Below, one piece after another: positions 17,250 to 32,399 of a DNA stretch of 64,000 bases. The translations under genes were made by a program, and so were the position numbers. Origin of the DNA: the human T2T-CHM13v2.0 reference genome, Homo sapiens; the NCBI RefSeq assembly GCF_009914755.1, contig NC_060935.1; one strand, given 5' to 3'. Under the pieces are notes generated by a model. That model saw only the letters and a list, made by a program, of their open reading frames with translations, was not told where the DNA came from and did not search any database. Position 1 is the first letter of the stretch; each line of letters begins with the position of its first letter.

Positions 17250-19622
17250 TGATATGGTTTGGCTCTGTGTCCCCACCCAAATCTTGTAGCTCCCATAATT
17301 TCCTCATGTTGTGGGAGGGACCCAGTGGGAGATAATTGAATCATGGGGTGGGTCTTTCCCATGCTGTTCTTGTGATCGTTAGTAAGTCTCTTGAGATCTG
17401 ATCGGTTTAAAAAGGGGAGTTTTCCTGCACAAGCTCTCTTCTCTTGTCTGTCGCCATATGAGACATGCCTTTTACCTTCTGCCGTGATTGTGAGGCCTCC
17501 CCAACCACGTGGAACTGTTTAAGTCTAATAAACCTCTTTCTTTTGTAAATTGCCCAGTCTCGGGTATGTCTTTATCAGCAGCATGAAAATAGATGAAAAG
17601 AGTAAACTGGTACCAGTAGAGTGGGGCGCTACTGAAAATACCTGAAAATGTGGAAGAGACTTTGGAACTGGGTAATAGGCAGAGGTTGGAACAGTTTGGA
17701 GGGCTCAGAAGAAGACAAGAAAATGTGGGAAAGTTTGGAACTCGGTAGAGACTTGTTGAATGGTTTTTACCAAAATGCTGATATTGATATGGATAATGAA
17801 ATCCAGGCTGGGGTGGTCTCAGATGGAGATTAGGAACTTGTTGGGAACTGGAGTAAAGGTGACTCTTGGTATATTTTAGCTAAGAGTCTGGTGGCATTTT
17901 GCCCCTGCCCTAGAGATTTGTGCAACTTTGAACTTGAGAGAGGTGATTTAGGGTATCTAGCGGAAGAAATTTCTAAGCAGGAAAACATTCAAGAGTTGAC
18001 TTGGGTGCTGTTAAAGGCATTCAGTTTTATAAGAGAAGCAGAGCATAAAAGTTCAGAAAATTTGCAGCTGGACAATGTGATATTAAAGAAAATCTTGTTT
18101 TCCGAAGAGAAATTCAAGCTGGCTGCAGAAATTTGCATAAGTAACAAGGAGCCAAATGTTAATCCCCAAGACAATGGGGAAAATGTCTTCAGGGCATGTC
18201 AGAGGTCTTCACAGCCACCCCTCCCATCACAGGCCTGGAGGCCTAGGAGGAAAAAGTGGTTTCATGGGCCGGGCCCAGGGTCCCTGTGCTGTATGCTGCC
18301 TATAGACTTGGTGCCCTGCCTTCCAGCCACTCTAGCCATGGCTGAAAGGGGCCAGCATAGAGCTGAGGCCATGGCTTCAGAGGGTGCAAGCCCCAAGCCT
18401 TGCAGCTTCCACGTGGTGTTGAGCCTGCGAGTGCACAAAAGGTCAAGAATTGAGGTTTGGGAACCTTCACCTAGATTTCAGAGGATGTATGAAAATGCCT
18501 GGATGTCCAGGCAGAAGTTTGCTGCAGGGGTGGGGCTCTCATAGAGATCATCTGCTAGGGCAGTGCAGAAGGGAAATGTGGGGTCAGATCCCCTACACAG
18601 AGTCCCTACTGGGGTACTGCCTAGTGGAGCTGTGAGAAGAGGGCCACCATCCTCCAGACCCCAGAATGATAGATCCACTGACAGCTTGCACTGTGCACCT
18701 GGAAAAGCCACAGACACTGAACACCAGCCCGTGAGAGCAGCGGGGAGCAAGGCTGTATCCTGCAAAAACCACAGGTGGGGAGCTGCCCAAGACCATGGGA
18801 ACCCACCTCTTTTATCAGTGTGACCTGGATATGAGACTTGGAGTCAAAGGAGATCATTTTGGAGCTTTAAGATTTGACTGCCTTGTTGGATTTCAGACTT
18901 GCATGGGGCCTATCGCCCCTTTGTCTTGGCCAATTTCTCCCAATCATTTTGGAGCTTTAAGACTTGACTGCCTTGTTGGATTTCGGACTTGCATGGGGCC
19001 TATAGCCCCTTTGTCTTGGCCAATTTCTCCCATTTGGAATGGCTTTATTTACCTAATGCCTATACCACATTGTATCTGGGAAGTAACTAACTTGCTTTTG
19101 ACTTTACAGGTTCATAGGCAGAAGGGACTTGCTTTGTCTCAGATGAGACTTTGGACTGTGGACTTTTGAGTTAATGCTGAAATGAGCTAAACTTTTGGGG
19201 GACTGTTGGGAAGGTATGATTGGTTTTGAAATGTGAGGACATGAGATTTGGGAGGGGCCAGGGGTGGAATGATATGGTTTGGCTCTGTGTTCCCACCCAA
19301 ATCTCATCTTGTAGCTCCCATAATTTCCTTGTAATGTGGGGGGGAACCGATGGGAGATAATGGAATCATGGGGTGGGTCTTTCTTGTGCTGTTCTCATGA
19401 TAGTGAATCAGTTTTATGAGATCTGATGGTTTCAAAAAGGGAAGTTTCCCTATACAAGCTCTTCTCTTGTCTGCCGCCGTGTGAGATATGCCTTTCACCT
19501 TCTGCCATGGTTATGAGGCCTTCCTAGCCATGTGGAACTGTAACTATGATAAACCTATTTCTTTTGCAAATTGCCCAGTCTCGGGTATGTCTTTATCAGC
19601 AGCACGAAAATGGACTAATACA
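17250..19622 (+). mobile_element. Complete THE1 (THE1B-like) MaLR element: 5' LTR 17250-17601, internal 17602-19269, 3' LTR 19270-19622
   Basis: Both LTRs start TGATATGGTTTGGCT; 3' LTR ends ctaataca; perfect 5-bp TSD ATGCA (17245-17249 and 19623-19627); internal MaLR ORF remnants. Confidence 0.92.
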
Positions 19623-21558
19623 ATGCATATACATGAAAAGTTTTATATACTATTTTGGGGGATTTATAACCCCCCCAGAAGACCATTTATGCACCACCTC
19701 AGGTTGAGAAGCCTGCTTTAGGGCCAAGATCCCTATAGAGGACACATATTTTTAGAGTGTCTGCTGAAATAGATGCTAACTGCATGTAAACTTCAAGAGT
19801 GGTATGCAAAAGCATTATGTTATTCTCTTATTTATTCTTTTCATGAAGTCTCTTGAAGCCTGACTTTTCTATTTTATGGATGATGACTATTAGTGTCAAA
19901 CATCTGGTCATTTTCTATGTATATTTCCAGCTTAAGTTACTCTCTAGAGGTAGGTCAGAGATGAGACTTTGATTTAAATTGAAAACAGATTATGCATGTA
20001 ATTTTAGAGATGCTTACTTCTGTGATTTTCACAGTGTTTCATCCTGTTAGTACAGCTTGTGCAGACTTAAGGCATATGAAAAATAGGACAAAATGCTGAG
20101 ATGAATTGGGTGGAATTCCTCTGTCATCTACCTCCGGTGTCCATTTACAGCAGATCGCTCCCTCCCTTTCCCTATTTCTCCCTCACTCTTTCTCTCTCCA
20201 ACACAGGCAATAGTGGTGAGAGAAGGTTTTTATAACATTGGATGAGGGATTTGGACTTTATGGAAGCCAGAACAAATATTTTCTCCTTTACTACCCTGGG
20301 GCTAGTATCCCACATGCTGTTTGCAAATTGCAAAAAACATTCCTTCAAGTGAGTTTGGAGTCAGGTAACTTTTTGAGGAGGAGTGTTTTTGTTTTGCTCT
20401 CTCCTGAACTCACAGATTTTACTCTGTGTGCGTTTCTTGTCAAGTACATTTCCTACATGCAGAGTAAGTAAAATCTGTTAAAACTTTGGTTGTCATTATT
20501 CTAATGTGTGAACAGCATCTTTTAGCTCACATTAAAAAAAAACACCAAAAAACCTCTTCTAATGAAACCTTGAGGAAGAAAATTAGCTGGAGTTTAGAGG
20601 CTCTGATTTTAAGCCTCCATGATGGGTCCTTTTCTATACCTCCTCTGTAGTGGAGTAAGGATGTGACATGCTTGGGGTAAAACCTCAGTGTCCAGTGGAA
20701 ATCACCTTACCATCATGGCAGAAATCGCTGGATTTGGCTTTCCAGGTGACAGAAATGGGGCACTTCTTTGCATGTTCTTTGCATCTGCCCTTTCATAGAG
20801 AATTGGGGAGATGGAATTGGACTCTAAAGAAATATTACCTTTTTTTCTCTTTTTTCTATGTAAAAGAAAGCTTATGGCTACATAATAAGGAGAAAATTGG
20901 TCATAAGACTTTAATTCATTTTTCTACTGGGGGATCACAGGATTTGTAGCATGGTCTTTGGCTCTGTAGAATTATTCTGTCACTGTATTCTGAGTAACCC
21001 TGAGCATTGCCATTTTTCTTCTTTTGTTATCATGGCCTGTCTACCTCAAATGCAGGTCATGATCTTGTCTTTCTGTTCATCTCTTAACTCATTCCCCAAC
21101 ATCCAGCTTCATATACCTATCTGTAAAGCCTTTTTAATGGATCTCTTCACTGAGGTGATCTCTTCCTCTTCTGAATTCCTATCATGAAGGAGCATAGCTA
21201 GACCGAGGTTTGAATCTCATCTCCGCTATGTGATTGTTGAAGTCAATTTCCTTATCTATAAAAGAGTAGTAATAGCGTAAAGTAGCTTTGTGGGGTTGTT
21301 TTACAAAATACTGACTATATATAAAGCTCCTATCAAAGCATCTAAAAGTAACAAAAATAACACAAATTAAAATTAATACAGTCAAATTAATTAATTCATG
21401 TGAAGTGCTTAGCAGAGTACCTGTCATAGTAGTAAGCTCTCAGTGTTAGGTTTTGTTTTTCATCAATAAGTGGGAGAGATTTGCTGTTACTAACTGTGCT
21501 TGTTCCTGCCAGTACTTCCATTACTACTATGTTGCAGTTCATTTGCTTCTTAATTATT

Positions 21559-22470
21559 CAGAGGCAGATTTAAAGGGAAGCTCATCTAACCAGTTTTAGA
21601 GCCCCTCGCTTACAAAGGAACCACTTACAAGGCCCTGGATTTCACCTAGCAGTGTGTCCTCAAATTTTCAAAATAAGATGCTTTAGCTACGGTCAGTTAA
21701 GATGGTTCTCTTCTTCCACTCTTCTTCCCTCTGTCATACTTCTCTTTATGTTGGGTACTACTAAATTGCCACTGGCATTTTTCCCAGCCAAGGGAACTTG
21801 AATTGGGTACATATTCAGTTTGGGTTAGTGGGATCACTTAGGTGGTCCACAGCCACTGTTGTGGGTAGTTGTTCTTGCTGGGCATCTCAGTATTGGAATG
21901 GCTGCCAGGAATACTCTGCCATCTTATTTGACTCACCTAGGTTTGTAACACGAATTTGTAGGGCCTACCGTGAATGCTAGTGTAAGCCCCTGTAATGCCA
22001 TGGCAGTGTGGATGTGGTTGAAAAACCAGGTTATGAGTTTTCTCATGTCAAAGGGTATTTAGGATTAGTCAAACTACAAGAAAACTTGAAATGCCCCCAG
22101 ATTTAACAGTGGTCCTTAAAACTCTGCATGATTTGCAATAATGAATTATGAAGTAGAAAGAAACCATTCCAAACTATTAATATTAAATTTTAAAATTAAC
22201 CATGCTAAAGGGAAGTCTTAACTATTATTTCCTAGGCAGATTACAAAATCATGGGCATATGATGAGGTGATCAAAGATCCTAAATATGTAGCAAAGATTA
22301 TGGAGACTAAGGGATTAATAAACATATTGTTATTTTTCTAAATTTTGTTTTGTGTTGCCAGCTTTTAAAATTTGTAATATTTTTGTGATTTCTGTTCTCA
22401 TTCTTAACAAACATTCTTTGTACCTAATTTCATATTCATAACTTTATGTTTGTTTTCCTACTGGGGGCTC
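21559..22470 (+). mobile_element. Degenerate hAT (Tip100-like) DNA transposon relic
   Basis: Terminus cagaggcagattta...; around 22090-22230 a decayed stretch resembling the hAT dimerisation motif (ERxFSKL...TM...RLN). Confidence 0.45.
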
Positions 22471-23673
22471 CACTATGACTACCCCAGTCATAGTCTTCCT
22501 TGAATCATATCATTTGTTGTTGTATTGACCTACTAATTTAAATCTTTAATGGCAATATGCACTTCCTCTGTGTGTATCTTGGCTCTAAGTAGTCTGCGAC
22601 TTGAGGACGGGAAGCTTGTCTTCTGTGTAGCGTAATATTTGGAACATCATATACATACAAATATTCATTGATAAGAGAACATCACAGTGTAAGGAGGTGA
22701 GTTTCTATTCTTTAGTTGTGGGTTTGGGAGTGGGGCAGGTACTTCACTAGCTATTTTGGAAGGGGCTGACAAGTGTTTCTGTTCAAACGTATTATCGCCT
22801 TAACAGATGAGAAGCCATGGATGAGTTTGTATGTTTCTTTATCTTTATTTTAAAATAATTTGGAGTTAGAAGACCTGGGTTCTGCTTTGATTGCTGATAC
22901 TTTGTAGTTTTGAGGTTGTAATAATCTCCTCACATATTTGAGCCCTATCGTATTAATCTGTAGAGAGGTGATTGTAATTCCCACTTTACAGAATCATTAC
23001 AAGGACCAAGTAAGATTGTGTGTGTAAACAGAATTTTAAGTTATAAAATATTGTGCAAATATAAAATGTTATTCTCTGCTTTGCTTTATTCCTTCTGAGT
23101 TCTGAAGTATCATGAGTCCTCTGGTTCTTCAAAACTATAGGTTACAATTCTAATTTACAATAACCTTCTCTTAAAAAAGCTCCCTTTATGGCTTAGTTAG
23201 ATGAGATAGCAAGTTTTAAAATCTATTTTCCTATATTGGAAAAATATTTTATCTAGAGGACAGACGAGTATCCTGGATTTTTTTTTTTAAAGAAAACAAA
23301 AATCTGGTTTTAAGTTTCATGAGTAAAGAAGAAAAATTTCTCTTTGACATTCTTGGATTTAAAAAGTGGTTCAGTGATATTTGTAGAAAAGATTAGACCT
23401 CCTATGCCTAGGGGAAATTTTCATGCCTGAACTAGCAAACTTTGAATAATAAGAGGTTTTAGTGGAAATTCCAGCATATTTTTAAGTAAAGGAACTGCCA
23501 GTACAAATCAGTGAGTTTACATACAAAATAAACAGCTTATTAAATAAATAGCTATTAAGAATGAACGAGTTCAGGACAAGAAAATGCCACGTAAATAGAT
23601 AGGGCTCCATGTTCCATAGGCTGTTTCCACCTAAGAGGTTTTCTTATTTCAAGTTTTAAAAAGTGTGTGAGTG

Positions 23674-23977
23674 GTTTTTTTTGTTGTTGTTGTTGTTTTG
23701 TTTTTTGATGCGGGGTCTTGCTCTGTCTCCCAAGCTGGAGAACACGGTTCGCTGCAGCCTTGAACTCCTGGGGTTCAAGCAATCCTTCTGTCTCAACTTT
23801 CCATGTAGCTGGGACCACAGGGATGTACCACCATGCCCAGCTAATTTTTTAATTTTTTGTGGAGATGAGGTCTCACTTTGTTGCCCAGGCTGGTCTCAAA
23901 CCCATGGGCTCAAGCGATCCTCCTCCCTCAGTCTCCCAAAGTACTGGGATTACAGGTGTGAGCCACCACACCTGGCC
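23674..23977 (-). mobile_element. Alu (AluJ-like)
   Basis: Diverged antisense Alu. Confidence 0.88.
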
Positions 23978-24079
23978 AAGATTTTAGTATTGTCTTTTCC
24001 CAAACACGCTTAGTGAAATGAAGCAACAGAAATGTAATGTCCTGAGATTATTGTGCCATGAAGTATTACAATGAAGGAG

Positions 24080-24107
24080 ATACACACACACGCACACACA
24101 CACACAC
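24080..24107. repeat. (CA)n microsatellite
   Basis: Direct observation. Confidence 0.9.
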
Positions 24108-24716
24108 TTTTTTTGCATATTAGGAAAAAGTAGGGAAGAGTATGGAAGAAAAGGAAAACACTGTAAATCAACAAATAAAGTATTTCTGTTTAAGAATCAG
24201 AGAGTATATATTTTTCAAGAAATGCTGAAAGAAACCATATGCTTAGGCATTAAAACAAAGCATTATGGACATAAAATCATGACCTCCCACCTCTCTCTTG
24301 TGGATTATATTCATATTCATTTGAAAGTGTTAGTTGAAGTCCTTAGAATCTGGAAGAATTTATTATTGCTTGAAAGTTAGTGGCACTCATTGGAGAGCAA
24401 AATCTTGGACTCTGCCTTGTTACACACCTAGCTATATAAGGTACTTTTTAAAAACCTTTCTCTTCTTATGTATACAGGTTGTTGGTGTTAGACTTCTCTG
24501 GAAGAAAGAACTGTCTTAGAGGCCAAATCTAGTCACTCAGTAACTGGGCTGATGATCAGGGGACCCAGGTTTTGCCATGGATTTACACTATGCTCTCAGC
24601 AAGTTACTTAATCCCTTTATGTTAAGTTTTCTACCCATAAAGCAAATACCTAACCCTCTTAATTCGCATGGACATATAGGTTCTAGAATCTTAGAGCTTA
24701 AAGGTATTCGGTAAAC

Positions 24717-24917
24717 CAGTGTTTATCAACTTTGGTACTGTTGATATTTGGAGTGGATAATTTTTTGTTATGGAGGCTGTCTTGTGCATTGTAGGATGTT
24801 TAGTAACATCTCTGGCCTCTAAATACAAGTGGCAATATCCCAGTTATGGCAGCCAAAGATGACTGCAGGCATTTCCAGATGCCCCATGGGTGGCAGTATC
24901 CCAGTTGGGAACCACTG
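24717..24917. mobile_element. MER20 hAT-Charlie MITE
   Basis: Terminal inverted repeats cagtgtttatcaac / gttgggaaccactg; internal ctgtcttgtgcattgtaggatgtttag. Confidence 0.8.
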
Positions 24918-25258
24918 CTGTAAGACAGGATTCAGCAAGAGGTAGCTGATGCCCAGGGATGTTCAATGCCTGCTTTAGAATACATCACTGTTAAGTGCTG
25001 GGACCAGGACTAGAACTCAACTTTATTAATATACTGCCAACCCATTTATCCAGCTTTCCCCTTAAATTCACAGTTTCATTCCATTCCAAAAGCAGTGGCA
25101 TATGTTTAAAATTTCGACACCAAAACAAAAATTGACAAATTCTCTACATTTACCAATGATGTATTACCCACTTGCTTCCATTTTACCACCCCCGAAGCTC
25201 TTATCATACCTTGCTAAAGAAACATTGCTTTCCTTATCCTTAAATGCTTACGAAATGC

Positions 25259-25967
<709 letters not shown>

Positions 25968-26183
25968 TAGAGGATCTCGAATTGAATGTCTGTTTATCAA
26001 ATAAATCAACATGCTGCCTTAGGTGTATGCTGAACCTCCTTGTGTCTCCCATTCTTTCTTTATATACTTTCCAGTTCGTGGTTTTTAATAAAGGCAAATT
26101 CTGCACACATACTAAGCAGCACTTAGGATATTTTGTTTGGTTGTTTAATTCCATATCTGATGTTTCATTATCATATCCTAGGT

Positions 26184-27542
<1,359 letters not shown>

Positions 27543-28037
27543 TCAGTGTTGTCTGGTTAGCAGAATCTTTTCTCGGACAGCCATGTAACAAAGTTGTCTA
27601 TCTTTTGAAAACTCCAAACTACTAAAGTGTTGGAAACCTGAAATGCTTTGCTTTGAAGGTAAGATGATTAAAAAAAAATCTATTGAAATATTTGAACTCA
27701 GGTATAATTGACTTGTTATGTAATAAGATTCTGAACATGTATACATACACAATATGAAAGAATTTCAAGTCCCAAACTTGAGTTTGCAAATGAAGACAGA
27801 CATTTAGAGTAACTATGCACCATGGTTAGGTTTACTTGCTGTTTTTCTATTCCTCCTGTTAAGTACATTGTAAACTACCTTAAGCTAATGTATTGGCTGG
27901 CTAAGATTCCTACAGGGTTCATTCTTTTCATTGGGCATCAATAGTGTCAGTGGTATTTTCCATTTGAAATGTGATGGAACTGAGAGACACTGTGGATTGG
28001 CTTAGAACTGAACCACAGTTAAAAGTGGTCATCTGAG

Positions 28038-28526
28038 GACCAGCCTGGGCAACACAGTGAGACCCCCATCTCTATAAAAAATAAAAATAAGGGCTGGGCG
28101 TGGTGGCTCATGCCTGTAATCTCAGCACTTTGGGAGGCCGAGGTGGGTGGATCATGAGGTCAGGAGATTGAGACCATACTGGCTAACACTGTGAAACCCT
28201 GTCTCTACTAAAAATTAAAAAAATTAGCCAGGCGTGGTGGCACGCGCCTGTAGTCCCAGCTACTCAGGAGGCTGAGGCAGGAGAATCGCTTCCCAGAACC
28301 TGGGAGGTGGAGGTTGCAGTGAGCCGAGATCGTCCCACTGCACTCCAACCTGGGTGACAGAGCAAGACTCCATCTCTAAATAAATAGATAGATAGATGGA
28401 TAGATAGATAGATAGATAGATAGGCATGGTAAGCCCAGGAGTTAGAGGCTACAGTGAGCTACGATTGTGTCACTGCACTCCAGCTTGGGTGACAGAGTAA
28501 AACCCCGTGTCAAAAAAAAAAAAAAA
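28038..28526 (+). mobile_element. AluJ-like fragment with a nested AluS (28092-28380) whose tail is a (TAGA)n STR (28385-28422)
   Basis: Outer TSD gtcatctgag; inner full Alu; tetranucleotide run. Confidence 0.85.
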
Positions 28527-29154
28527 TTGTTGTCATCTGAGTTACAGCTTTGGTAGTGGGTGAAGTGGAGGGGCAGAGACAAGTTATCACTTAGAATTTA
28601 TAGCCGACTAAGTCTGGATCAAGGATGTATCATGCAAATAAATGTGTGCAATGGATGGAAAAGTTGCCTGAGGCAAGGGAAGAAGGGAGCTACTCCAGTG
28701 CTGTGTTTGGGGGTGTGGGTTTTTTTTTTTTTTCTTTAACTGTAGGAATTTATGGATAGTATAAATTTGGGAAGCTTGAAAAGTATGCATAAAAATATTT
28801 ATAATCTTACTATCAGGGCAGTATTGCAACAATTCAGTATTTGTAATATATCTACTTCTAGTCATTTCTGTACATTTTAAAAAATAATTGAGTTCGTACT
28901 CTAAATATAATTAAGTATACTACTCTTTTCATTCCCTTTCGCAGAATTCTTTAGGGGCTTTCTGTTGCTCTTGGTGCAAAGCCGAAAGCCTTGAGCTTCT
29001 TATGACTGCTCTGATTTTCCCTCCCTGCAGTGGCCTCTTGCTCAGTGTAGTTCTGCTCCCTTGGCTCACTTTCATTTTCCCACACATGCCCAGAGCTGTT
29101 GCGTGTGCTGCCCGTTGTGTGTGATGCGCTCTGCAGCCACCTTGTTGCCTGGCG

Positions 29155-30810
29155 GAGCCCTCCTTATTCATCATGTTCCACCTTAAACGTCACTTCCTGA
29201 GGGAAGCTTCTCCTGAACCCTCCTTATTCATCATGTTCCACCTTAAACGTCACTTCCTGAGGGAAGCTTCTCCTGAACCCTCCTTATTCATCATGTTCCA
29301 CCTTAAACGTCACTTCCTGAGGGAAGCTTCTCCTGAACCCTCCTTATTCATCATGTTCCACCTTAAACGTCACTTCCTGAGGGAAGCTTCTCCTGAGCCC
29401 TCCTTATTCATCATGTTCCACCTTACATCTTATTCATCATTTTCCATCTTACATGTCACTTCCTGAGGGAAGCTTCTCCTGAACCCTCCTTATTCATCAT
29501 GTTCCACCTTACATCTTATTCATCATGTTCCATCTTACATGTCACTCCCTGAGGGAAGCTTCTCCTGAGCCCTCCTTATTCATCATGTTCCACCTTACAT
29601 GTCACTTCCTGAGGGAAGCGTCTCCTGAACCCTCCTTATTCATCATGTTCCACCTTACATCTTATTCATCATGTTCCATCTTACATGTCACTTCCTGAGG
29701 GAAGCTTCTCCTGAGCCCTCCTTATTCATCATGTTCCACCTTACATGTCACTTCCTGAGGGAAGCTTCTCCTGAACCCTCCTTATTCATCATGTTCCACC
29801 TTACATCTTATTCATCATGTTCCATCTTACATGTCACTCCCTGAGAGAAGCTTCTCCTCAGCCCTCCTTATTCATCATGTTCCACCTTACATGTCACTTC
29901 CTGAGGGAAGCTTCTCCTGAGCCCTCCTTATTCATCATGTTCCACCTTACATGTCACTTCCTGAGGGAAGCTTCTCCTGAACCCTCCTTATTCATCATGT
30001 TCCACCTTAAACGTCACTTCCTGAGGGAAGCTTCTCCTGAACCCTCCTTATTCATCATGTTCCACCTTACATCTTATTCATCATGTTCCACCTTACATGT
30101 CACTTCCTGAGGGAAGCTTCTCCTGAACCCTCCTTATTCATCATGTTCCACCTTAAATGTCACTTCCTGAGGAAAGCTTCTCCTGAACCCTCCTTATTCA
30201 TCATGTTCCACCTTACATGTCACTTCCTGAGGGAAGCTTCTCCTGAACCCTCCTTATTCATCATGTTCCACCTTAAACGTCACTTCCTGAGGGAAGCTTC
30301 TCCTGAACCCTCCTTATTCATCATATTCCACCTTACATGTCACTTCCTGAGGGAAACTTCTCCTGAACCCTCCTTATTCATCATGTTCCACCTTACATGT
30401 CACTTCCTGAGGGAAGCTTCTCCTGAACCCTCCTTATTCATCATGTTCCACCTTAAACGTCACTTCCTGAGGGAAGCTTCTCCTGAACCCTCCTTATTCA
30501 TCATGTTCCACCTTACATCTTATTCATCATGTTCCATCTTACATGTCACTTCCTGAGGGAAGCTTCTCCTGAACCCTCCTTATTCATCATGTTCCACCTT
30601 AAATGTGACTTCCTGAGGAAAGCTTCTCCTGAACCCTCCTTATTCATCATGTTCCACCTTACATGTCACTTCCTGAGGGAAACTTCTCCTGAACCCTCCT
30701 TATTCATCATGTTCCACCTTACATGTCACTTCCTGAGGGAAGCTTCTCCTGAGCCCTCCTTATTCATCATGTTCCACCTTACATGTCACTTCCTGAGGGA
30801 AGCTTCTCCT
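29155..30810. repeat. VNTR: 25 units of 60 bp, 6 carrying an extra internal 26-bp duplication (86-bp units)
   Basis: Unit gaaccctccttattcatcatgttccaccttacatgtcacttcctgagggaagcttctcct; 25x60 + 6x26 = 1656 bp matches the span. Confidence 0.97.
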
Positions 30811-31055
30811 GATCTCTCAGATTCACACCCCCATTATACACTTTCGTGGCCCCTATACTTTTATAGTATTTATTGCAATTGCAATTAATTATATATGTAG
30901 AATTAGAATGTTGTTTGTGTGTGTTGTTTATTTGTGTATTATTAGAAGGCAGGGACCATGACAGTAGGAATTGTTCACTGCATTTCTTGGCCCAAATATA
31001 GTACGTGCTAGATGCTCAATAATGTTCGACATTTGTTGAATAAATGACTGAATAT
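30811..31055 (+). mobile_element. L2 3'-end relic flanking the VNTR
   Basis: ggcagggaccatg...tgctcaataa...atttgttgaataaatga motifs typical of L2 tails. Confidence 0.65.
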
Positions 31056-31478
31056 ATTAATAAATGAGGAAATAGGCAGCAGTCTGCTTCCTTCATATGT
31101 AACACGTATGTTAAAAGATATGCTTGGTAGTGAATTCTGAAAGTCTAATGTAGTGAATGAAAGTGTAATATTGGGTTCTTTTCTTCATGTGCTGTGTTAA
31201 ATTTAGTTAAATTTCAGTAATGAATCTTAGAAAACTGTCAGCATTAGGTCTGTCAAACAAATGTGAGAGGCAGAAAAGTTCGAAGAGAGAAAGTAAACCA
31301 GCATTGTTTCCCCACTTACTGAAAATAGGTTTTGTAACAGAATGGTGCAGTCTAAATGAAGAAATACACCTGTTAGGAATACCTTCTAAAGATCTGTTTG
31401 CATGTACTAATGCAAATATGGAAAACTCTTTTTTTTTTATTGGCACATGAAGTCTTTTGACTAAGATTTGTTCTAATA

Positions 31479-31824
<346 letters not shown>

Positions 31825-32100
31825 CTAGGTTAAAGCACTTCGGAAGTACTCAGTTACGAGTGTGCTGTTAACTTGCTACATGACCACTTACTAAATAGGG
31901 GCTACTTTTTCGCCATCTTAGGAAGAAACTGAGTATACCAGACATCTTAAACATAACAAACATCTTAAATGTTGTCATCTAAGATTCAGACAGGTTTCTA
32001 AATGTTTTTGTCCTTGACTTGCAAACACTCAGTGGACACATACAGCCCTCTAACCCACTGTGTCTCAAATGTTGATGTACATGATGTCAGTTGCCATGCA

Positions 32101-32399
<299 letters not shown>

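Noticed and set aside
29173-30888. Repetitive ORFs (MFHLTCHFLREASPEPSLFI)n; CRISPR-like appearance
   Set aside because: Result of a 60-bp stop-free unit; the 26-bp inserts shift frame; there are no unique spacers, so it is a VNTR and not CRISPR.
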